NCBI GenBank assembly: GCA_976226885.1
Contig: OZ320313.1
Location: 56,544,001 to 56,608,000 of the forward strand
Source of the DNA: Iphione sp. A-MEVVRFRX5
Taxonomy: Eukaryota
Length of the DNA stretch: 64,000 nucleotides
Direction: 5' to 3'
Numbering within the stretch: the first letter of the stretch is position 1; the number at the start of each line of letters is the position of its first letter. Positions 13,036-25,200 of the stretch are shown here, piece by piece. The notes beneath the pieces were generated by a model that saw only the letters and a list, made by a program, of their open reading frames with translations, was not told the origin of the DNA and did not search any database. Made by a program: the position numbers and the translations under genes.

Positions 13036-13386
13036 GGCCAAAAAAAATAATGGGTGTGTTTCTGGTAACCCACCCTACCTAGTAAAACCTCACCCTACCT
13101 AAAGATTTTTTGGCCCTAAAGAGATTCCAAGGCTGAATTTCCTTAGATATGTGTTTTCATGACATATATTTTTGGTAAATTTAGTAAAAGAGCAATAAAA
13201 TCCATGGAAATTCAGCAACAAAATGTAAAACTTATACAAATTGGTCAAAATTCTTCATATTGTCTTTATTATTATTGAAAACCACAGGAAGAAAGTAAAA
13301 AAAAATAAAGAAAAGATACCCCCCCCCCTTGCTACCTAGGTTTTCAGCTGGTTGTGACCAGAAACACACCTATTTTTTGGGGGGCC
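13036..13386 (+). mobile_element. PIF/Harbinger-type MITE, family A copy 1
   Basis: TIR GGCC...TAGGTGTGTTTCTGGT / ACCAGAAACACACCTA...GGCC; TAA target duplication on both sides. Homologous to 14561-14867 and 33556-34583. Confidence 0.85.
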
Positions 13387-13966
13387 TAATGTAGGTCTTT
13401 TGGTGACCAATATAAATGTATAAACAAGGTAATATCAATGTGAGAAGAAGGTAAATGTAATATTCCTATGAATAAACCATGAATATTTGCAGCAATGTTT
13501 TAGCTATGTATCTAGAAGGCATTCAGTACTTTTCTGAAGTATGTGGGTAACAAAATAAGATCCGGGGCATCACAATACAATTGTCTGGCTTTATAGGCCT
13601 CTCCCAATTCATCTTTAACAGTGAAATCCTAAATAACAATTGACATAAACTCTGATGAATTTCCTGACAATAGGTTTTTTAAATCTCGGAAACATATTTG
13701 AACAGAATAACTTTTATTTGTATGTACATAATTTTCTACAATTGGCAAGACAACCAGGTTAATATTCCTACATAAAACCGATTAAGGCAGAAAAATGCTC
13801 GAAAATACCTCTGAAAATATTTATAATATTTATGAATAGACACCTGTCTTGGCACATCAGTTCTCCTCGTGGAAGTAGAGATAGAGTGTGCTCATTGTTT
13901 CGACCAGATGGCCTCCCATGCCAATATGTCACTTAGCTTTCTCATGCGGCGCCTTATAGCGGACGT

Positions 13967-14043
13967 CTATTGAACTACACAGGTCTTGGAAACATGGCGA
14001 CCTTCTTCTCGAGCCAGCTTGCTACGGAAAACATCTGACCGAC
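13967..14043 (-). CDS. Host gene terminal exon 20: (G)RSDVFRSKLAREEGRHVSKTCVVQ*
   Basis: ccttttttcag acceptor, phase 1, ends CVVQ-TAG (CaaX). Confidence 0.85.
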
Positions 14044-16252
14044 CTGAAAAAAGGTTTGATGTAGTTCACCGTAATAAATTTACAGTTTTTGATATCTGGC
14101 CTGTCTTATGGGAATAAACTGATCAATTTTTATTCCTTTCAGCAGAATTTTGCTATGAATTTTTCTTGCTGTACATACGCCGTGAACTCTTCTACTCACT
14201 AGTGCTCTCATTAGCAACAGCGCTTGACTAGAGATGTATTTGCGGCCTTAGGACAATCTGGCACATGTCACAGGAAAGAACTTGTGTGTTGTTAAGGCTC
14301 CTTGTCGAAAGAGTTTAGATACATATTTATATTGTATTTTCAGTGTTATAACAGGCTATTAAATAGCACATGGTAAGCGCTATAAAGAAAACTACAAATG
14401 CTATAGAATTACCTTTCTTTTCACTTAGTAAGTGTGCAATACTCAGATACTCGAAGAAGTCCATTGTTTGTGAACCATCAATATCCACTTCTAACATTGC
14501 TTCCTGAGGGCGAAAAATATTGTGAGTTAAAATTTGGCAGAGTTGATCCAATGTTTATTAGGCCCCCCCAAAATAGGTGTGTTTCTGGTAATGACCAGCC
14601 AAAAACTTAGGTAGGTGGTCTTTTTCTTTTTCAATAATAAAGATAATGTGAAGAATTTTGACCAATTTATATGAGTTTTACAGTTCTTTGCTGAAATTCC
14701 ATGGATTTTGTTGTTTCTCTATTGAATTTACCAAAAACGTGCTGTGAAAACACATATCTAAGGAAGTTCACCTTTGGAAACTCTTTGGGCCAAAACAATT
14801 TTTAGGTAGGATGAGGTTTTACTAGGCAGGGGTGGGTTACCAGAAACACACCTATTTTTGGGGGGCCTTAGCCAACACCCAGCTAACCCTTTACAGGCGG
14901 CACCTGACGGTACGTCACGGACTCACGCAGCAACTTAATTTTGACGCTTTCCTATAGGTGGCAGATGTGTAGCTGAGCGTCATTTTTGTATGCATAGATG
15001 ATTCAAGGTCTTATAAGCCTTCTAAAGTATTTTTATTCAATTGTCTAAGGAGAATTGGCTTGAAAATTAGGCTAGAATGCACTTTACCGGTACGTCGCCG
15101 CCATCTTGGATTTTTCGATTATGACGTATCAAAAAGTATTCCAGACAAAAACCAACAAAGGGGGGTTTGGGGGGGAACCCCCCAAAATTTAGGGATATAG
15201 ATTGAAATTAGGGTTAGTGTGGGCATTATAGTATCAAAATAAAAGGGTTAGGGTTAGGGTTAGCCATAAAAAAATAGTATGTCAATGACTAAAAATCCAA
15301 GATGGCGCCGACGTACCGGTAAACTGCAGTACACCCGAAAATTATATTCATAATCATTTTAAGAACACAAATATGGATTTGTTTGAGAATGTTACTTGGA
15401 ATTGGATATCAGGTATGTAATTTACTTCGTACAGCAGTTGTTTTCTATGTAAACACAGAGAAATGTGACAGTTTTAATGGGAAAATGTCATGTTCCATTC
15501 AGAATTCATAATTTCTGTATAAAATACAATAAAGTATGGGCATTATTCTATATTCAGTCCAAATATCATCAAAATCCATGCATTATTTCCATGGTAATTC
15601 ATTGGATATACACTGAGTGGGGTCACATTGCATAAATGCATTCACCGTCGTACCCACGGGAATGCGTCAGTGCATTCGCTGCTGTTTCCCCGGGAGTACA
15701 TTTTTGCATTGGCTGCCTGTAAAGGGTTAAGCACTGTATGACCATATCTACCAATTTTATCATTTGGGGGTCCTTTTGACCATAATTGATACCAGACGTT
15801 CTCTGTTTTCGAGCTACCCCATAGGTTTGAACCATTTTCTGTATTCTTTTCATACACCAACTGAAGTAAATATATATTTACTTCAGTTGATGTATGACCT
15901 ATCTAGCCCTCATGTGTCCAATTTTTAAAATATTTTCTGTATAATATGTCTGTGGCCTGGTGCTGGAACTGAGCGATGTCCATAGATTTCCTCATACACA
16001 TGAATCTGGATGCATAAAATGTATGAGCAGGTTATGAAATGTAAAGTTAAGAGCAGGTTGTATGTAAATAATTCCACACATTTCCACACATTTTACATGA
16101 ATTTGACTTAAGGCCTCTTTCCATGTATGCAGGTTAAAAATCTGCATGTCGAGTCAGACTGCAAGGAATCCATGCATGCACCGGGCAGCACAGTGCCTGG
16201 GAGGGTTTCCATGAACAAATCTGTATTGTGCAGACGAGTCCCTTCTCCTATG

Positions 16253-16283
<31 letters not shown>

Positions 16284-19200
16284 TATGTATACATATATAT
16301 ATGTATGTGTGTACAGAATAGAATAAAATATAAACAATATATTGTCTGGCTTGGGGTATGGATTTCATTGAATTCCTGTCAAATATATGCAAATTGTGTG
16401 AGGTTTTTTTGGTGAATCTCATGGAATTCCTGTCAAATCTGTGTAAATTGCATGTTTTTTGTGTGGATCCCGTTTAATTCCTGTCAAATCTGTTGACTCT
16501 TTTTATGAAAATGATATGCAAATTACAAAAAATAATTTAACATAATATACCATATGTGCAGTATTCCGCCTTCTTTAAACCGCAATACACACATTGTGAT
16601 CTGCACCCACATTAGGGCAGACTAAACTATCACCAATCAACAGTCCGCATCGAGATGTGGGGAGATCCCCATGCATGGGAATACCCCTGTTAGACATAGA
16701 GAGGGTGATTGACCCGGACAGTCCAGCCCCAAATTTGCGGGGCCATTCACAGGCATAATATTTTAGCCTCAGAGGATTGTACAACAAGTGAATGATTATA
16801 GTTTTGAATTATTAACAGTTATTGGTGGGTTGATTCCTTCAATCTCAATATTTTTAATGAAATTATGTCAATTTGGTTACTGCTTATTAACCTAAGCACT
16901 ACGCACCTGACATGCTCCTGAGCCCATATATAGTAAATTTAATTAATTAAACTTCTTTTTTCATGAATAACCTCTTATTAACACATATTCACAGGAGGCG
17001 TTTTGAATTGGTTGGTACCTACATAAAGAAGATATTTCAACTTACCCTAACTTGAGCTGCTGTAAATTGGCCTCCGACCGTATTCGTCATAGCATTCATC
17101 AGCTTCAATAGGTATCAAGTGAAAAAAAAAATTGAAATTATATATGACATTATCCCAGTGCTTCTTACTATGCTCTACCCTGTGATTCCGTAATATTAGC
17201 AAATTGAAAATCACCAGCGTTGCCAACTCTAGTTACGCATATTTCAAGGAATATTGATGAAAAACACATTCAATCAAATTGATTACCTCAGACAGATCGA
17301 GCTCGCCGTCACCATTTGTATCATATGTTTTGAAATGGCCCCACTGGTCGCGCACCTTTGAAAGAGTATCATGATGGTCATAGACACATGGTGGGATATC
17401 TCTTTTGAGATAAGCATTATAACGGAGGGAACTAGACCCAGTCCGGTCGATTATGTGTACTGGGTATTTGGTGTTCCCATTACAGCTTAATATCGTTTTG
17501 ATTTAATTCATGACTAGAAGAATATTGCATTGCTGTAAAATCACCCGAAATAATCCGCCGATAACAAAACTTTGCACCGTAGTATATACGACTGGGTATA
17601 ATCGGGAAAGGCCACAGAGAGTATAAAAACTATTTTTCTTATGCCATAGCTTTTTCCATTGAGGAGCAAATTTGTCCAGGTTTGCGGGAAAGTTTCATGC
17701 AGGCCTCAACAGACATTTACATAGATACCATCTGATTTGTATGTAGTCTTCATTCGCTTTAACGATTCAAGGAGCGACAAAACTAGACATCAATGATTTA
17801 TTAATCAGAATATGAGTAGAATGTGAATACTGCACGACCGAAAAATTTTGTAATTCTTGTTACAGCAATTATCTGAAAACGGTGAAACAATGTCGATAAT
17901 ACGTTTTATTACATTACTTCAGCAACGATCACTTACATAATCCTGTGTCATGTATGGGAAAAACTTCATAACTGCAATCATGTTGACGAATCCTGTCCTC
18001 TCATTGACCAGTGTTGGATGTTCTGAAAATAAAGTATTTTAATTGTACTGGAAAGTCACTCTGGAAACACTTAATCAATATTAAAGAAGAGTGTATCTAA
18101 AGACATTTATCTATCCTTCTTTCAAAAGATTTTTTACACAAATGAATGACTGCCCCGCATAGTTTCTTAATTTGATAGAGAATAAGATATGCATACCTAC
18201 TTCCTCGTTAGGAGTGTTAGTGCTTTCCTGTGTTACAGCTGTATCGAGATATGATTTGTTAGCGGTTAGCTGTTTAGAGGAAATCAGTTGTTTTAGTAGT
18301 TCTATAGGCTTAAAATAGAACTTATGCTATTAGAAGGTTAGTCAAGGAAAATGCATGTCTAATTCATCAGTGTTTAAGAATGATCACGATGAAGGTATGA
18401 TTTTCACGCAGCAAATTTCATAAACAAAAGAAAACAAGATGTTCCTGTGTTTATTTTTGAGCGACATCTAAAAGATTACCAGGCTTGGTAAATATCGAAA
18501 ACAGCAGAAGAAAAACTACCATATGAGTTAAAAAATACTAGTACATGATTTGGAGAATTTCACAGAATGATGAACTCTGCATGTCTAATAGAAGAACCAA
18601 TGAGACAGCAGGGGTTCTCTGTTCAAACGCTTTACTAACAAACCAATCACTGAATTTTAATAATTAAAATATTGAAACATCTTACGATAAACATAATATA
18701 CTGTCCATGTCATATTTAAACTCGCAATATCTCTCAATATTTTTAGTATCTGAAACATATTCAAACAAATGCTTTTTATCTAAGAAAAGGGTCAACCCTG
18801 CCTGAAAGATGGCATTATTAAATCACGTCCATACAAATTTCTCGAGACTTTAGGCTGTCACATTCTTTTCATACAATGACAATAAGGTCTTCAGATTGTC
18901 GGTTCCCTTATCAGATGTATGCACAATACCATGTAAAAGAAAAGCTTTTCCAAGAAACTTGATGTGACACGAAAAACTGAAGTGCTCATGATGTTCTTCA
19001 GGTAAAACCGGACAAACACCTGTATAGCAGATTGAGAACTACAGTGGACCACCACCCGGGGGACTGGAAGGGTATGGTCACCTCTGCAATCTTGTCTCAC
19101 CCGTGGTCTCTGATCATATAGAAAATGTACTAGTTGGCTCTATGAGTTTGGTCTCCTCAACGATCTGGTCTCTACCCGGGAGTATACTGTATCACTGTAT

Positions 19201-22200
19201 CCAGTTTCTACATCAAGATATGTACATTATGTGTACACTACTTGTGATTTAAACTGCAACTATATCATATTTCAATACTGATCGCAAGACACATAGCAAG
19301 AAACAAACAGGAAGTCATCGTTTAAAAAGCTACAGTTGCCATAGATGTACTAAATAGTGCCCCAGCAAGGAAAAAGGATTCTGAAGCCTGGCATTAGCTC
19401 ACAACGAGAAAAAGACTCTATTGGATGGAAAGAGCTGATTAGGAAAATGGGCGCACTTTTTAAAAACATAGACTAGATACTTGCAATTAAGAAATGCGAA
19501 TTAGGTAGAGAGTGGAGTAAAGAAAATTAAATCTACAGCTGCATAGCACCGGCAAGCAAATAGTGGCAGTATTGGCAGTGATGATTTCGTTATTTTGATT
19601 CTCGAAAGTAGAAAAAACTTAAATATAGCCCAGAACCGAAAGTGCACTGAAACACCGAGATAAGAAAAGTGATGATAAAGGAAACCAAATGCGAAAGTAA
19701 CATGGAACAAAACTATAGAGAAATAAAAAGGACACTATTGTTGCTTCCTACAAAAAGTTGCACTGCTAGACGCCAAGGAGGGCGTCACATACCATCTGGT
19801 AAAACGCTAGACCTCCTTCTTCCTGCTCGTGTAAAGCCTTGCAGCGTTCCTGAAAAATTAGACACCGCCCGAGAAGATACGCATAAAAGTCTTATTTACT
19901 GATGGAATTCTCTGCAAGTAGGTCATGACGTAAATACGATTACATGTAATTGTAGGGTCCTCTTCATTGTCAACGATGACTTCAACAATTCGACTGCAGA
20001 TGATATGGGTCCAGGGAGTGACAGGTCTGTGAAAGCCGCATTTTAATCGAGCATTTTCAAAAGTAGGTAAGTATACGTATCGTACACAGTCAGTTGTTGA
20101 TCTAGGGTGAATATTTTTCATTAGTATTTCGCTGGACACATGTTAAGAATTAGATTCCGAAATTATATTGCATCTACATATATCTGTAGCAAAGAATACT
20201 TTGCTTGGAAACAGACCATGCAGGGCCTTAGCACATTGTCTCACACACACAGATGATTACAGATGCCGGGACAGGATTCAATCTTCGAGAAGAAAATCGA
20301 CAAATCCAAACAAACTTCATATGTGTTACAGTTTCCTCTATATTATAAACAGTGTTATGTGGAACTTTTGATATTTTCACTGATACACTGACCCCACGAT
20401 GTCTGTATCCATTCACGCACCCATCTATTCTAGGGATATGAGGGTTTCGGATGTATTGCTGCATGGGTAACCAGACTCAAACCCAGAATTGCTCCAATGG
20501 GTACAATGGTCATGTGATGTACATCCCCCTTCCCACCACCTCATACACTGGACCAATATGTCGCCATGTTCCCAATAACATGACAGGGCTCTTCCACATC
20601 CTCCTGGGGTAGCATACTACCATCTATTGTTGAGAATTGAGAGACTAGAATACCTGGGGTTATCCCCTACTCTTATTTTGAATAGGTTTCTGGGGTTGTT
20701 TTGTGCATAGGGGACAGAGTCCTATACACCCACAGCCTTTTTACAAGTTGTGGACCACTCTGGGTTGGGGTTACAGTAAATCTGTCTGGCTGTGATCAAG
20801 AGTCCCAAGCCCAGGATTGAACATGTGACCTCTCAATCAGTGGACCAGTGCTCTACCACTGAGCTAACTCCCCACCCTAATTAACTATGTGTTGTCTAAA
20901 ACAATACCACATCCCATATACATATGTGCCTTAACATAGCAGTAGTCGTGGGATTTCAACAGCCCTCTCATCACTAATGAAGGAGGTGTACACAGCTATA
21001 GATGACGAAAACACTGTGGTGTTACATATTTCGACCTAAATATAGCCTTTGTATAAAGTTTTCCATAATTGTGTCAATTTTATATCACTCGTTTGCCACA
21101 CCTGTACTATGTCTAACTCTCTCAAATTATTTTGTTCTGTTTTTTCTTCAACAGTTTCTTATGTACTGATTTCTGCTTCACTGGAAGAACGCATGTCTTC
21201 TACGCCGAAAAGTGAAAAAAGATGATTCGGTTCAATTCGAATACATAGATTTTGCCAGCTTATGGATAAATGTGAGGTTTTCTCTTCCATCTGTCCTTCA
21301 TATATTAACTTTGGTACGTAGCATTTAAACCTCTTGTCACACAACATACAACTCAGCTTTGTTAGCTCTACCTGCCCGGGATTGGATTTTACCTTCAGGT
21401 AAAAGTGTAGACCGCCGTTTGTTGTTGTTTTCCACTGGTTTTCCATCTGATTGAGGCGATAGATTTATACATGTACTTCTATTGCCGTCCTCTGGAAGAG
21501 GTGCCAACCTATTGGTAACAGAATGACATATGTTAGGGGCGGTTACTTTCTGCATTTAACATGGGGGCTACATTCCAGTTTCAGGTAAAACTGAGGGGCG
21601 TGGTAATGTGGCAGTCGTAGTAGCACATTTTGTAGGAATGGTTGGGTATGTTACACTAACCAATCTCGTTTCCTATACCTGCCTCTCTGTGTCGAGTTTT
21701 TTTTTGTCAGCATATTCTCGGCGCTAATTGGCATAATCCATATGGACTACCACCAGCGCATCAGCTGGAATGTAATGATTATGGGCAGCCTGACCTCTAT
21801 GCGTGACAGGTCATGCATTTGTGAACTTCTGTTGTCTACTGGTGAAAACCTCATGCGAGAGAATATCTGGAAGCTGACCTACTGAATCGGGTTCCTCTAG
21901 CAAAAATGATGTTGGATTGTACTCAACAAAATATATCCTGGATTATACTCAACAAAACCTATGTCCTGGCCGCACCCATACTGTCTTTGATACTGTAACT
22001 ATGGCGTTCGTGCGCACATGGTATCAGGTGGCGGGCCTTTTGGGGGCAAATATTTGTTTTTTTCTCAGGAGACCTCAAAGATCCAAGTGCGTCTATTATA
22101 TTTAGACTTTAATCAGATACAACGAGACATTAGTACAAGTACCTACTTAGCTCCATATCCCAACGAGAGCTTTTTCACAGGGACTCGAGCAATATCCTGA

Positions 22201-25200
22201 AACAGGAATGTTATATTCACAAGAAAAATATTACGATGCATTAATTAGCTAATGGTAATTCTGAACCTGATTTGTTTCTTTCTTGGAGGCATAATTCCCA
22301 CAATTCTCTACTTATTTCTATTGAAACAATTCTTAACCGGTATTTATTGGGTGAGGCATATGATATTTAGTTCTTATCAGGCCCTTCTCAGGCTTAGGCA
22401 TGGGTATGTCGTTATCTTACAGGTTGGCCTGCCCCCCTTGCACACACAAAGGAGAAGTTGGGTAGATCAGTGATATTGAATGATGGCTATAAAATGGTGA
22501 AACCCCTAAATTCAATACATGAATGACAACCCTTCCCTTAACAAGATGTACCTCAGACAAAAGATACATTATTACATGAAACCTAAAGGAAAATGTTTGA
22601 AAATATACAGAGTGAAATCATAACAGCATAATATGATTCAAACCACATCATAATATTGTACATAATATTACTAAATCTATGCTATCTTAAACTATAATGT
22701 TACCATTATCCAACCATTTTGCCTCGGGAGGAACGTTCTGCCTCCCGTAAAATTTACCTGCAGCACTGTACTAAAGTTGACACGATATCTTATCTGTGTC
22801 TTACACATTGCTGCACCACCCAATCACTGTTATACATCGGGAATTTCCCTCCCTTTACATGAATATTTCCAGATACATGTGCCATGCCTGATATCATGTG
22901 TGAGCATACCTTGTCAGTCGCGAGGTACTGGTCTGGCAGGTCGGCTCTAATAGCCCCAACACGACCTTCAGCTGCAGCAAGGAATATCTTGTTTAAACGC
23001 AGCTGAAATTGACGACCTAGACGACACGTTTCCAGTGGTACTGTCTCCTGCGTAAGCACCTCATTCCAGGTATCACTGGAAAGAGAAGATTATGCATGAA
23101 TGGATAAACTGCTGCATTCTGTTCGTGTGCTTTGTAACAGAGCTACAGTCAGGAAGCATAAAATGTGACAGAAGTCTGTAAAGTCTGCAAGTGATTTATC
23201 TCGATATGATCTAATTTATGTTTTTGTTGGAGTAAATAATTTGTGTATCCGGGATAGAACTACCAAACAATTATTACCGGCATTTGCAAATAGTGAGTCA
23301 TGGGTTTGCTGGTTTACTGCGTATCATTCTCAATTAGTGAGTAGACTGTCACAAAATGGATTTGAGGGTAGGGTGGGCATTCTGCCTATTACTGGTATTA
23401 ATTGGCGTCAGTACAGTCCTGGAACATTTAATTCTGATAGACAGACATATGTGAATGACTGTGTCCGTGTGGTAAATGCAGTTATCCGGGAATTAAATGA
23501 CAGTATGCATGTTTATACTCCAGAGACAGCAGAACCTGTTCATAGATGGCAAGGAAGTCGCTATCGGACAAAGTACAAATATTTGACAGATGGCTGCCAT
23601 CCAGGTGATGAAGCACTCAGAAATTGGGGTGCAAGCATTAGTATTGCGATTGCGATGATGTTTGGGCTCTTTCAGAGCTAACAAGGCTAACTGTAAGTAG
23701 AGCTGCTAATGTCTTCTCGTATCATTGAACATATTCTATCGTTGTGGTGTTCATTACTATGACTGTTCTACGCATTGGAGCATGGAACAGTAGAAGCGTG
23801 CTGGGGAAATTGAAAGATGTCTCGATCTTATTAAATCAGGAGAAATTGGATGTATTGGGAATAGTAGAAACTTGGCTTACTGAATCATTAACATTAGGTA
23901 TTTTAATGCAGCTAGGGTTTTCCATATATCGTTTGGATCGAGACAAAGAAAAGGTAAATAAGAAAAGGGGGGGTGGTCTATTGTTATACGTTAGAGAGGG
24001 ATGGGTTTCTGAAGTAATTGATGAAGGGTGTAGTATGACAAACGATGGAGAAATTCTCTGTGTCAGATTCAAACCGGGGAGGCGCAAACTGCATTTGGTA
24101 TTTTTGGTTTACCGGCCGCCAGATGGAAATTTAAAAGAGTTTTTGGATATGTTACAACGAATGGTTATGGAGGTAAATACAAATAATAAATGCCAAGTAA
24201 CAATATTAGGGGATTTTAATGTTGACCTGCTACACCGTAATAAAAATTGGAAAATGTGTGATGCGTTTGCAAAATATCTCTCTATGAGACAAGTAGTTTG
24301 TTCTTCAACTCATGATAAGGGGGCGGGTTTGGATCACATTTATATTACTGGGGAATATAAAGTATCTAAGTCCATGATTATGGACAGTAGTGATCATCGT
24401 GTGATTTGGGTTGATATGAAGAAACCTAGATACTGTAAGCCCCCGATGACATCGAAATTTTGTAGGGATACCTCTAATTATTCATTTATTAAACTTCAAG
24501 ATAGTTTAAATGAGTGTGATTGGCCTGATGCGGAAGTAACGGATCTGGATGAGCTGTGGGAGTGTTGGATGTCAAACTGTATGAATGTTTTAGATACAAT
24601 GGCCCCTCTTAAAGAACATTTTTTCAGGGTGAATGAATCAGTAGTTGTAAAACCGATCTTATTAGAGTTGAGACGGGAACGTTTATATTTTCATAAGAAA
24701 TGGTTAAAAACAAAGCGAATTGATTACAAAAGAATACGAAATTTTTATAGGAATAAATTTAATCAAATAGTTCGGGTGGAAAAGAGACACAATTTTCTCT
24801 CTCGTCTGAATAAATGTGAACGTAATGATTCTAATTATTGGAAGGTGATAAATGAAACTGTATTTGGCAAATGTAAGAAATCACAAGTGATAAACATAAG
24901 AAAGGATGGAGAGATGATTGATGGTGAGTCTGTGTGTGAAGAAATGAATAGGTTCTTTGTAGATACGGTTGAGACACTGGCGGCCACAACTCGCCCTGAA
25001 TATCGTTGCTCTTTCTCCTATGATGAAACATTAAATTATTTTGTTGAGGCATCGTACGAGGAGGTTGCCAAATTGATAAATAGGCTGAAGTTAACCAAAC
25101 CTTCTGGTTTGCCAGGTATATCTATGAGGTTTTTAAAGGATTGTTTGAGAGCTACGCTCTATTACTTTACAGCAGTATTAAATAAGTCGCTCAGGTATGG

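Noticed and set aside
15245-15263. Telomere or chromosome-fusion relic
   Set aside because: Only three TTAGGG units, enclosed by MITE TIRs.
20803-20877. tRNA gene (also 45012-45083)
   Set aside because: Degenerate stems and B-box; the first runs into a SINE body and the second has no intact cloverleaf.
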